Source: Takakia lepidozioides
Lineage: Eukaryota > Plantae > Bryophyta
Reading direction: 5' to 3'
NCBI GenBank assembly: GCA_030704615.1
Contig: CM060731.1
Coordinates: 55,862,001 to 55,926,000, forward strand
DNA length: 64,000 nt
Shown here: one piece after another, positions 13,201-24,910 of the stretch
Layout: every line of letters starts with the position of its first letter
How positions within the stretch are numbered: the stretch's first letter is position 1
Notes under the pieces: model-generated
Databases searched by the model: none
What the model saw: only the letters and a program-made list of their open reading frames with translations
What the model was told of the DNA's origin: nothing
Made by a program: the position numbers and the translations under genes

Positions 13201-16200
13201 TGCTCATCAGCTGTGATTGTCCAACCAGTCACCACTTCATCCTTTAAGCTCACAGTGGCTGGTTCTTCTAGGATTTCTATCTCTCCCTCCTTTTCTTCAT
13301 AGAAATGTGGTGGGTAACAGTTGGTTTCCTCTTCAATTGGTGTTGTGTCACTACACCACAGCAGATACCTCTCAAACAACTTAGGCTTTCCAGCCGCATC
13401 TCTGCAACCTGCTCCCATTCTGGGTGTGCAGCAAATAGGGTAGCTTCCTGCTCCTCATCCAGTCCTCCCCTCCAGTCATACTCTCTGACTCCTCGAGGTC
13501 TTCCTTTAGCAGGTAATCTACTAGATTTCTTTGTGGTAATTTGTATCTCGTGCATCCCATTATGCACAGTTAGTAACTGAGAATTCCAGTCATGGAATAC
13601 CCTGGCCTGTTTCAGCCACGGACGTCCCAATAATAAGGAGTAAGCCTCCATGACTTCATCCATTTTTAATACAGTTACTGTGATCATAAAGATCATTTTC
13701 TGTATCTGTATCTTAACTCCTCTTATTAATCCCAATGGCTGTACACTTCTTTGATCTGCCATTGTTACTGTAAATGGGGCTGGTTTCATGTTACTTAGAC
13801 CAAGCTTCTTCCTTAATTGGTCTGTCATGATATTTACTCCAGAACCACCATCTATCAGTACATCAGTTAGTTCTGTGCTTCCAATTCTCAATTGGATTAC
13901 TGGCATAGAATCATCAAAGTCCATGACTGGTTCTCGCCCTTCCGGCTTCACATTATAACTGGTCACCTTGCTGTTCAGGTCTGTGTTTCCTGTCTCTTGG
14001 GCAATTCGATTGATTGCCTGATACAGCCTGTGCCTACAATAAGGTGCCACAGCTAATAGCTGTCCAATGGTAATTTCTGCTTTGGTCTGACATATTACTT
14101 CAGCCAAAGTCTCTTCATTACTTTGCATGTCTGCATCTTCTTTTTTCCTTTCTTCCTCACTCCCCTCTTTTTCTCCATCCGAATCAGAGGAATCTGCCAC
14201 AGGAATATCAGTACTCTTTTGCATTTCCCTTATAGTATCTGCCACTTCCTTGTGCAGTTCCTTCTCATCCTTCCAAGTCTCTTCATCTTCAGGCATATCA
14301 TTGCCACTTCCAGTCTCATCTTCTTCCTCTTCTACTGGAGGTATTAGTTTGGCTTTACTTCTTGTTACTATCATTGTACTTACTTCTGGTACAACACATG
14401 GCCTAACCATGTGAGCTGCCACCACTGGGCCCTCATTCACAGGAGCTCTCATCTCATTCTGGTGTCTTATCCAGAATGAACAGGCTGCCTTGCGATGTCC
14501 TGGCTGATTACAATAGTAACATAGCTCTTCACCATTGGGTCCTCGCCCTTGGTCTGGTCTTGGATTATTTCTATAATCCTGATTCCCGGGCTGGTAATTC
14601 CCCCTTGGATTACCCTGATAGTTGCCTCTGGAATTTCCTTGGTAATTCCCTCTTGATTACCTCTCCCTTCCATGCCATTGTTATAACCACCAGACCTACC
14701 ATAGTGGTCCTGATCATTGCTTCTTCTTGGCTGGGGCTGCACCTGATGCACCCTCACTTGCCTAGGTTCTCTTGCAGCTGTCCTTCTGTTGTAGTAACAA
14801 TTCTCAGTAGAATGGTTATCCATTTTACAGATAGTACAGTGTTTCTCCTTCATGTGGCATTCTGTAGTGGTATGGCCTTCATTCTGGCACTTTGCACACC
14901 ATACACCCTTCCTCCAATGTGTTGCAGCCTCTGTGGCATACTTCTTCAAGATTTCTTCCAATCTTTTCTCATAGTTATCCCTCTTCAACTTTTCCTTTCT
15001 CTTACTCTTTCTTTTTAGTTCTTGCTCTTCTTCTTCATCTGACTCATCTTCAGAGTCCTCATCTTCCTTTTTCTCTCTCCTGAGCATTCCCAATTGCTCA
15101 ATTCTGTTTGCAGTTTCAAATGCCTCCTCCACTGTATTATGGGGTAACATATCCACTTTCTTCTGCAACTCTGGTCTTAGTCCACTCACAAACCAAGTCT
15201 TCTGTAAACCGGGTGCTGGTACTGCAGCCAGCTTTTTCATCATCAATTCCATCTTCTCCATATACTCTTCAACAGTTTCATGCTTCTTCTGCTTCAGCTG
15301 TTGTAAACTTCCATACACTTCATCCTCAGTTTTACTTGTCCTGAACCTATTTCGAAATGCTGTATTCAAGCCATTCCAGGTTAGGAAATGATTATCAGGG
15401 AATCTTGCATACCATTCACTTGCTTTCTTGATAAGTGAACAAGGAAACAGTCTCATCTTGGCATCATCGCCATTCTCATTGTTCACTATACACATGTGCT
15501 CAAATTGGCTAATGTGTACATCGGGATCCCCTTTTCCTGAATATATTGGAAAGGGTGGTTTTGCCCGTGTTGGTTGTAACGCCATCTGTGGCCCTACCTT
15601 CTGCCCACTGACAGGTGCTGGCACCCTTGCTGGTGCTGGTCCTTCTGGACCTGTTGTTTTTGTGGTGGATCTTCCACCAAGTGGTGGCCCTTGAGCACTC
15701 CCTGCTTCTGGCCCCACGATATTCACAGTATTCCCAGCTTCAGTTGCACTACTTCCCACACTCCCTGTCCCCCCAGAGCCAGATCCAGGCAGCCCGCCTG
15801 ATCCCCCTGAGCCGACACCTTCGTTGGCCTGTGATCCAAGTGCTCCACTTGATCCAGGTCCAACGGGTTGGGATGTCCTGGTTGTAGTCTCAACCTCAGC
15901 TGTTGGGTCTACTTCTTCATATTCTTCCTCTTCTAATTTCTTCTCTCTGTTTTCATCCTCCAAGTTCTGCCCTTGGGTTTCTTCTTCACTCATGTAACTC
16001 AACTGTAATGGTGTTGGAGAGTCTGAACTCTCCGTTGGCTCTGCCACATCCTCATCTCCTTCTTCATCTTCTGCTTCAGAAACTGGAGTTCCTGCTTTTG
16101 GTGTTCCATGCCAACTCTTATCAAAGATTTCTGTCAAGTCTTTTATCCAAGGATGTACCTCAGATCTTTCACCTCGTGATTGATCTTCTTCCTGTACCAA

Positions 16201-16416
16201 TTCCCTTAATCTTTCTTGCAAAGAAACAGAAGGAGTGGCATCCAACTCTAGTTCTTCCGGTATAGGTGATGCACTTTTTGATCTTGATGGTGTGAGAGGT
16301 CCAGATGATTCCCCTATGTCTATTCCTCTCTCCCAAAGATATGGATAATTAGCTTTCAGATAGCTTTCTCTTTTTGATGAATATCTTTGTCGTCTAGCTT
16401 CTCTTTCATCACTCAT
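10046..16416 (-). CDS. Gag-Pol polyprotein broken by about four 1-bp frameshifts (~14655, ~13340, ~12425, ~10835)
   Basis: Gag capsid and three CCHC knuckles; protease LIDGGSGVN; RT with MPFGLCNAPATFQR and FLDD; RNase H CDAS...EREALA; integrase H-H-C-C, WGLDFVGP, SDQGSHF, GQAE; GPY motif. Confidence 0.95.
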
Positions 16417-16437
16417 GTCCCATGTCTTTCATTTCTT

Positions 16438-17133
16438 TTAATGTGGCAATAACCAAAACTCTCTTCTGTAATATCTCTCGTATATGCCTGGATTTCTTTC
16501 AAGCTTCAATGCACCCTTGGCTATACTTGAAGTCTCCGTTACCATATAACCATATGGCAAACAAGTCTGAAAAGCTGTTCTTGGTGTGAGTTTGATCCAC
16601 AAAATATCCTTTGGAATCCAATTCTTTACCAGTACAAGCTCTTCATGCATATGAGTATAAACATTCACCTTTCTTTCTTCCCAACCTTCAAACTCTACTC
16701 GTTTAATGGATAGCAACGCTATCACATAAACTAATGTTGGTAACCAACGTGCTCTTCCTCTACAGGCTACCTGATAAATCTTTATCACTCCTTTCTCCAG
16801 ACCCCATTCTGGATCAGCATCATGCACCCGTTTAAGAATATTTTCTTTACATCCGTCTGGCAATTCCAAGAACCTTTGAAAGAATTGTTTGGACAATCTT
16901 TCTTCCTTCGTTCCACAGGGAATTTGATTCACTTCAAATTCTTTAATGGTCCAACCACCATGATCCCACCAGATGCCTGTCACATCTGGTTGTTCATGTC
17001 CCAGGTCCCCAGTATGGTCGCCAAATGTCGCGCGGCTTTTACTCACCCATCCCTTCGCTATCCGAGGCGGAAACTCCAAGATAGAAGAGTTGGAAATCTC
17101 TAAGTACTCAGCCCGCGCAGAACAATCAGTCAT
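16438..17133 (-). CDS. ORF0, 231 aa, upstream of gag; starts in LTR U5 and reads through the PBS; function unknown
   Basis: Same length and open in the copy at 39415-40110. In the stretch compared, differences between copies are mostly synonymous. Confidence 0.7.
   Translation of the reverse strand: MTDCSARAEYLEISNSSILEFPPRIAKGWVSKSRATFGDHTGDLGHEQPDVTGIWWDHGGWTIKEFEVNQIPCGTKEERLSKQFFQRFLELPDGCKENILKRVHDADPEWGLEKGVIKIYQVACRGRARWLPTLVYVIALLSIKRVEFEGWEERKVNVYTHMHEELVLVKNWIPKDILWIKLTPRTAFQTCLPYGYMVTETSSIAKGALKLERNPGIYERYYRREFWLLPH
17006..17023 (-). promoter_or_regulatory. Primer-binding site, tRNA-Arg-like
   Basis: TGGCGACCATACTGGGGA lies 2 nt after the LTR and resembles the Arg-type PBS of Tat/Ogre elements. 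Confidence 0.8.
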
Positions 17134-18153
17134 GACCTACAGCTAGTGTATCATGGGGGTGTTTCCTATTTGTTTCCTTTTCCGCATTCATCTTAGCTAC
17201 CTTACCATTGATAATTAAGTATCAGTTTGCTTCATCAATTTATCGTTTTCCTTCACTCCTCCATTCAATCCACAGCTTCACTCAGATCTCTCTACACAGT
17301 GTGATTGTATCGTATAAGTATCAGATTATGATTTATCAGGTATCAGGCCGAAGCCATTGTGTCTCTATTCTCCTCTACAATATCCCTACAGCTTTGCATA
17401 TAACAAGCATCTATTAATCCTCTTTCCTCCTTCATCGTGCTCACCGACTTCCGCTCCCGCCTGACTCCGAAGTCCTCCCCGAATAATGATAATAATGATC
17501 CCTTCATCATTCCCCGTTCTTCCCTTTATCCTCCTATCCGCGGTTCTAACCGTTTCCCTCTCTAACCGTCGTATATGAACTAACATGTTCCCTTCACTGG
17601 TGTTGTTCCCCACAGTCGTTCCCTGTCCTACTCTTCGTTCCCTATTATCGTGACAGCTGTGTCAAGCGGTGACTGGCTGTGTTTGGCTGTGTCGGGCTGT
17701 GACTGGCTGTGTGGCTGTGCCGGGCTGTGACTGGCTGTGTGGGCTGTGTCTGCTGTGACGACTGTGACGGGCTGTGTGGGCTGTGTGGGCTGTGACGACT
17801 ATGACGGCTGTGTGGGCTGTGTCGACTGTGACGGCTGTGTGGGCTGTGTGGGCTGTGACGGCTGTGTGGGCTGTGACGACTGTGACGGGCTGTGTTGGCT
17901 GTGTGGGCTGTGACGGCTGTGTGGGCTGTGACTGCTGTGTCGACTGTGACGACTGTGACGGGCTGTGACGACTGTGTGGGCTGTGACGACTGTGTGGGCT
18001 GTGACTGCTGTGTCGGCTGTGTGGGCTATGTAACCCCCCTCTACAGTGCGCTGCTGTCACCCCTAAGGTTCCTGTTTGTCTCAGTCTGTGCAAAAATTAA
18101 GGGTACCCTACAGATCCCGTATAAGTGTCTAAGTCCCCTACCGTCCTCTAACA
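17026..18153 (-). repeat. 5' LTR (1128 bp) with internal GGCTGTG(TG/AC) minisatellite (~17650-18030)
   Basis: TGTTAG...GCGACA termini. Confidence 0.97.
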
Positions 18154-19098
18154 GTGGTATCATGCCCAAACTCCCCAGAGATGTCTTGCCCTACATGTGC
18201 CCTTGTATAAGACCTTGGGAACTGCCCAGGAACTTGCAATAGAGGTGTGTACTCTTCATTGACACCTAATTGATCCTCTGTTGAACAAAAGATGTCTTCT
18301 ATGATCTCTCCTTCCTCATCAAGAAACAGATTCACAACGTTTGTACCAAGAGAGCTTACCCAATCGCACTCCATCCTTCTGCTGCTTTTCGATTCCCATT
18401 GTTCAAACATTTCACAGCATGAATCTTGCATTCCACATGTTCCCACTTGCAACCCCAGCCGGTGATTCTTTTCACTTCGGATCTGGTTCTGTCTTGATGG
18501 ACATGCAGTGCAACACTCTACTTGCTGCCTTGTGTTGTTCAAGCTGAGAACTCGAGAAAGCATTGCATGGACTTCGCTGATTTATTCTTTCTCCCTAAAG
18601 CACCTCTGTGACATGGTTTGGTGATCTGGTATAGGTTCATGATCAATAGAACTCACAGGTGTGAACCTGTTGTGAGTGTCCTTCTCAATCAGAGACAATT
18701 TCTCTTCCATTCCTGTAGCAGGCTCCTCCACATTTGTGTCTATCCCATCAAACTTCCTTGCTAACATCACTTTACTCTTGCCTGATTGACCTTCTCCTCC
18801 AAATTTCAAGATTATGGCTACTTGAAAATCATGCCAGTTCATGGACCTTGGTTTTTGCATTCGATGCCAAGTGTCAGCCCGTGCCTTGAGGTTCAGCCTT
18901 GCCGATATGAATAACTTGTGCTCATCAAAGCTCCGTCTCTCACCATCCCTTTTCAGATTTTGTATCCAGCTGCAAACATCCTCATCTTTCTTTCCATAAA
19001 ATGGAATGTTAGTCACCATTGCTCGCTAATAACTCTCCTATCTTGCTACGCTGATAACCTACATCTCTCAGATAAGATCCAGTCTAGCTCTGATACCA
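18154..19098 (-). mobile_element. Family B element: tRNA-iMet PBS (19087-19098) and degenerate gag (18582-19019)
   Basis: TGGTATCAGAGC on the minus strand. PFYGKKDEDVCSWI...ARLNLKARADTWH...NWHDFQVAIILKF is a typical retrotransposon gag start. Confidence 0.85.
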
Positions 19099-19627
19099 AA
19101 AGAAGGGGCGTGAATCCCCTTCTGGTTAATCCTAAATCTGTACTCCTCCTACTCGTCCCTGTTGAAGTATCAGGGCAAAGGAAAGGAGCGTTCTCTTTTC
19201 TGTCCAACCATCGTCATGAGGCTATATGGGTTTTTCCCTCAGGTTCGTTCGTGATCAGAGTTTGCGGAATCCTCATCCACGCCGCAGCGGAAGAGAAGAC
19301 ATGGATGGGAGTCTTTGGTTTGTTCTTGCCCTCGGTTCTACTTCTATGCAACAGCCTGGCCCTATGCTCACTGCGCCAACAGTGTTGGCGCGATCTTTTC
19401 TGTGATGCAAGCAGCCCAATGGCAGCGGTGAATACGACCCTTAATGTGAACCCCCTTTGAGCAGTGACATGTCGGAAATCCCTTTTTGTAATGGTGACAC
19501 AGATTTAGAGGGAGACAGCTCAGATCTTCATAAACTGCAGGGGCACTGGTTTTCCTTCAGGATTCATGCTTTCTTCATCTCAATCTCTCCAAGTTGGCCA
19601 TCCCCCCATCAACCCCTTTTGCTGAGC

Positions 19628-19669
<42 letters not shown>

Positions 19670-19760
19670 TCTCGTCCGTTTCTCTATCTCTGTCTATGTC
19701 TACAGGCTCCTTACTTCTTCACATACAGCCCATCTATCACGTAATGCAAATGCACACTCC
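19099..19760 (-). mobile_element. Family B 5' LTR (upstream boundary not resolved); contains (CT)n at 19630-19662
   Basis: Homologous to 1-550 and adjacent to the PBS. Confidence 0.55.
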
Positions 19761-21106
19761 GCCAGGCATCCAGTGCAGCCAGCCTTGAAGTCATCCTTGG
19801 TCTCACAAGGCAAAACCATCCCTTTCATCAGTCTCTCTATCTCTCTCTCTCTTCTCTCCGTCAATACTCAACCCTTCACACTACCCTTTTCTTTTAAAAG
19901 ATCCCATTTCCCAAAACAGCTCTCATCCCTTCTTCAGATTCAACCTGAATACCCCAACATCTCTCTTTTCCTTTCAACAAAAGGGCTTAAGTCGTTCATA
20001 TCCTGATACAATGCTGAAATCACACCTTATCCCTTTTGTGTTTTCATACAGTTCCAACTAACCCTCAATTATCTCTCCAAGCAAACAAGCTATATCTACA
20101 TTGGGTCCAGTGTATCACTACCCCCCAGCAGCATTGTGTGCAGGTTTACAACACTGAAACAAGAACAAGAATGAAGACAACAATGACCATTCTGTTTTCT
20201 GTGACAACAGTCTCTCTCTCTCTCTCTTCACTCATTTTTCTTACTGACACTACGACAACAGGTGTATCCATTCCTTCCATGTTCTGGTTTGAAGTCCAGA
20301 GTCTCCATTCCATTTCCAAAAACCTTTCCTCTATCACATGTCTCCACCCTTTCCTTTCAACAAAAAGGGCAGTCCTAAATCTACCAAAAGCGATTTCTAA
20401 GTCCACCAAAAGAAGAATCCACAGTCTACCAACTTATCTGTTTTTATCCTCCACTGAAGCGGTGGGTCAGCCTGCCAAGATGGCACCTCGCCATTGCCTA
20501 TCAGCAGCCACCACAACCTTTTCTCCTTGTCTTGATTCCAGAGTTTATCATGCCATGATGTCTCCTCATCATCCTATGGAGCATCCTGTGGTTTGCCAAC
20601 TAAATTGCTCTATTCTTCTATGCATGTAGCTCTTTAAGAACTGAAATGGACCTATAGCAAGAAGACAAAAAAACAGCTAGAAGCCTGATTACAGATAACC
20701 TGTGTTGCCATCCAGCCAGCACTCCACATGCCTTATCGCCTCCATTGATTGTGCTCAGATTCTCTTCCTTGTGCTTCTGGCAGGTGGCCGTTCTCCTTGC
20801 TTGCTCATCTGCCCATAACTGTCATCTTCAAGACAGTGGCGGCAGCGGTGGTGCGCCGCTCTCCTTACATGCTCCTATCTCCATGAATTGATCATCACAA
20901 CGAGAAAGACGGCACCGCTTCCCTTTACACAGAATACCAAGCAGAGGCACTTAATGCTGCCCTCTAAACCAAGCGAAGTCCCACAGCGCAGGTACAACCT
21001 CTCAACACAGACTGCCCTGTCAACACCACAGCTCGCGGCAGCTGCCACGAATCGCCCGTCATCTTCCTCTTCGTTCTTCCTTCCTCGCGATTTTTAGGTT
21101 GAGCAT

Positions 21107-23777
21107 CAGTGACGAAAACGTTCATCGCATGGATGAAAAATGCATGGTCACGACTTAGCCATTTTTATTTTGGCAACGCATGAGTACAGTATGCCCACAA
21201 AATTACCTGTATGGAGGGATATATCCCTCTTGCAGTTGGTATCAGGGCCCTCCCATTATAGTGATGCAGGGTCTTAACGGTGAAGCCAAAATGTAATGTC
21301 ACTCCCGTGCATTCACACTACACACCCGTTGAATGTATTCCGTTAGAGCTGCTATTGCTTTCGGACCTGTTGGACTGTGTTTTGCGTGCTCACGATTTTT
21401 TTTTCATTCTGTTTTTTAATGGGGTGTGTAATGTAGCTATATGCAACGTGCATGCCAAATTTGGGAGCGATCAAAATTCATTTGGACCCAAAACCACAGT
21501 TTCTTCCTTGTTTTGCACTCCAAAACTTGATTTGTGTTCTACTTCATGCACTCTTCAAAGGAGAGTTTTGCAATAGTGGGCGAAGAGAAAACTTTGCTTT
21601 TGGGGCATTTTTTATTGGTCCAAATTTTGGCGGGGGAGTAGCAGTGGGATGCTGGAAGCCGCAGAACAAATTTGAGCCAAAAACAAAATTGATACATGCT
21701 AGAAACCCCCAATGAAAGGCAGTGCAAACCTATTTATTGGCTTAAAATAAATTTAAATTCAATTAAATTGTGGAATGGCTTGAGGGAGGAGCGCGTCGAT
21801 GGGGAGGCAAATGATTTATTTGTCTGTTGTGTCTCCGCACATGTGTCGCACACATGTTCAAGCACATGCGGGCAAAAGAGGGGCTTCAACCACATCCGTT
21901 CAATGGGTGCAATAGCCGTGCACGCATTGCAGCATTTCTTTTTCGCAATGAACAAAAACCAGATGACAACTGAATGCCTCATTGGCCCATTGAACGAATT
22001 TTATTGATCTCATATTACTCTGGGCCTCTTACATGGCACATTGAACATTGTGGCCAAGCGAACCAAAATCATTTCGATGGCCAACCATCCGTTGAGCCAT
22101 CGAATGAATTTCGATTGATCTGATATTAGTCCGGGACCTGATACATTGTATGTTAAACATAATGGCACAGATTGAAAGCAAACAAAAATCATTTGGATGG
22201 GTAACCATTCAATCGCCCATTGAATGAATGGGGTTTCATCTTCGATTATACTGGGACCTGTTACATGGTATGCCCTCTGAAGCTCTTTTTGTAGTGTCTC
22301 ATGCCTCGTAATGCGGTGCTTCTCTATGTCCACTTTATCCAATATATTAATTTTCTCCACCTGGAACAGATCCATATATGTGTGCAGAAATCCTTAAAAA
22401 AATAAATGACCATCTCAACTTTTAATAACCCTCATCCCCAGCTTCCAGTTTTGATGGTCATTTGGTTTTTTAAGTTACATACGCATGTGTGGATATGTTC
22501 AAGATGGAAGATATTAACATTGGAAAAATAAGAGTTGGAGAAGCACCTCATTACGAAGCAAGAGACATTACATAAGACCTCAGCATGTTGAACATCTGGA
22601 TGAAGAACCTTGCCCATCGTCGCTTCAAAGTTCTAGCGCTTCTGAAATGATCACATGTTTGTTGGTAGAAGCAGATCTCGTAGGCCACATTGATCTCGTA
22701 CCCATCGAAGACTCCCGTAGGCCACATGGAACGGTTCATGTGATACATTTTCACAAATGCGATGTGATACATTTGTGAAATGGTATCACATCAACCGTTT
22801 AATGTGGCCAATGCACGTCTTCCGCACCATGGCGGAAAGGTTCGCCACTTGAAAGCACAAACACAAATAATCCGTGCAAACAATCTCAAGAATCATATGT
22901 ACTGCAAGGTGTTTCATACTGCCGATGGTCATGTAGCTGAATTATTTAGGAATCGTTTTGCTACTCCCATGCCAACAACATCAGGTCCACTGCGACTGCC
23001 ATATTCCGAATTCCGTATCAGCCACCACGGACATGAAACCAGGAACTTCGCACAAAATCTCCAATTCATTCAATTTATGGTGGGCCATGGCTGCAGCCTG
23101 CAAGCTGGCCGGGGTGGCTGATACGTCCGTTTGAACATGACAGTCTCAGAGGACGTTGACATGGGAATAACAAAAAGATTACTACAGAATTCAGCTAGAG
23201 GAACAACAATAGCATGAAACATGTCGCGGCCCTTTGCCTTGAGGGCAGGGGGGCGGGACACGAGAGGGGCTGCCCTTGTGGTGGGGGCGGTGGCAACAAT
23301 AGATGTGGAGGTTGAAGCACCCTTGAGTGCCCAAAGGCACTCAAGGAGGCGCCTGGCCATCCACGTGGCGAGGTGCCACGGATCAGGAAAAACGAAACAA
23401 ATGGGATGGGGGGAGGTGGTTTTGAACCCTTGACCTCTCCCGTGTGGGTGCACGTGGCAAGGTGCGACTGGCCAGTCGCGCCGCGCTGACACGTGGCGAG
23501 GCACCACTGGCCTGTCGCGCCTTTTCAAGCATAATGCCATTTTTTTTTGGAGGGTGTAGTGTGAATGCAGGGGAGTGACATTACATTTTTGTTTTACCGT
23601 TAAGACCCTGCATCACTACAACGGGAGTGCCCGGGTACAACTGCAGGAGGGATATATCCCTGCATACAGGTAATTTCATGGGCATACTGTGCTTATACTT
23701 TGCCAGGATAAAAATGGCTAAGTCATAACCATGCGTATTTTCATCCGTGGGATGAATGGATTACATCCATGGCACTG
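21107..23777. mobile_element. Non-autonomous DNA transposon with ~210-bp imperfect TIRs (hAT- or MULE-like)
   Basis: 21121-21327 is a diverged inverted repeat of 23552-23756. Possible CAGTG termini and a 6/8-matching TSD (TTGAGCAT/GTGTGCAT). Exact ends are uncertain. Confidence 0.75.
21950..22270 (+). repeat. Three diverged ~115-125-bp tandem units
   Basis: Recurring AAAATCATTT..ATGG..AACCAT...CCAT.GAA.GAAT...GGG(A)CCT.TTACAT. Confidence 0.7.
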
Positions 23778-24293
23778 GTGTGCATCATGGATACTGTCTA
23801 CAAGAACGGTGTCCTGCACAACGACTTGTCCCCCGACAACATCTTGTTGCATTTTTCAGATGGCACCGAGGAGATGAAGATTGGGGTGTGTGATTGGGGC
23901 TTAGCCACCCCATTGGGCATACGCAAAGCCTCGCCGTACCAGTTTGAAAACCAAGACAAGCTGGACCGGGAACTCACGAAAAGATGGTGGGTGGAAAAAG
24001 ATATTGCATCGGTTTTCAATGCGAATGCCACCCCCCCCCCCCCTCCCCCCCCCTAGGACATGACGTCAAAGGCCTTTGCCGATGGGAAGATAGCGGTACG
24101 AATAAATGGCGGTGCTCATTATGATCAAAGTATGTTCCAGGACCAATTTACGGGAGGTTGTTGGCATTCAATGCTACAAAGGTTGTACGACAACAACAAG
24201 AATGAGAGAGTCACATTAGCCCATGTAGTACTTCAGTTCATGGGCAAGCCATTCAATTGGCCTGAGCCGAAAGACGTATATAGGACGGAGTAG
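23769..24293 (+). pseudogene. Atypical protein kinase C-lobe fragment
   Basis: VLHNDLSPDNILLHF (catalytic loop) and IGVCDWGLA (DFG variant). The N-lobe is missing and the frame is broken at a poly-C run (24030-24053). Confidence 0.8.
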
Positions 24294-24374
24294 ACCATAG
24301 TCTTGTAGATATGAGATTTCTGGCGGTACAATGGTTGTTTTATGAAGACATAACTCAATTTTGATCGTGCATCT

Positions 24375-24910
24375 AATAAATAAAGTCCCATTGTAAATAC
24401 TACATTGCATATGCTCAACCCTGGCACCTGTCATCGCAACATAAATGGTTTGTGTACTGGCTCACTGTTTATATTTGTAATGTTCCAAGGTTTCGGATAG
24501 GTTTATGAGAAAACGATGTATTAGTTCCGTAGGAGTTAGACAACAAACGTCTCATCTCATTCAACTGTGCAACACTACCATGAGAGGCAAGGATTGGAAA
24601 GTAATAGATGCACATGCGACCTCCGAACGTTTGATACTAGGTCTCTACTTAAACGTGCGGAGGTCGCATGTACACCTATTACTTTTTTATCCATGCCACT
24701 CACGGTAGTGTCGCACAGTTGAATGAGATATGGAACGTTTGTTGTCTTACTCCTATGGAGCCAATATATCATTTTCTCAGTACCCTGTCAGAAACATTGA
24801 AACATTCACAGTTACAAACAGTGCCACAATACACGGCCGATTTTGTTGAAATGACATTTGTGAGGTTCGAGCATATGCAATTTATTATTTACAACGGAAA
24901 TTTATTTACT
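24375..24910. repeat. Long imperfect hairpin (~260-bp arms, ~15-20-nt loop near 24640)
   Basis: For example CATCTCATTCAACTGTGC / GCACAGTTGAATGAGATA and ATGCGACCTCCG / CGGAGGTCGCAT. Pairing extends to TTGCATATGCTC / GAGCATATGCAA. Confidence 0.9.

Larger units (their letters stand above)
4803..18153 (-). mobile_element. Full-length Ty3/Gypsy non-chromovirus LTR retrotransposon (Athila/Phygy-like), family A
   Basis: TG...CA LTRs at 17026-18153 and 4803-5729. GTGGT TSD at 4798-4802 and 18154-18158. PBS, PPT and the order gag-PR-RT-RH-INT. No chromodomain or second RNase H seen. Confidence 0.97.

Noticed and set aside
14640-14660. Programmed gag-pol ribosomal frameshift
   Set aside because: No slippery heptamer is evident, and the second copy has the missing base at this site.
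20036-21097. ORFs between the family B LTR and the TIR element
   Set aside because: No recognisable motifs; left unannotated.
21238-21248. TGGTATCAG resembling a Met PBS
   Set aside because: It lies inside a TIR, is not conserved in the opposite arm, and has no adjacent LTR.
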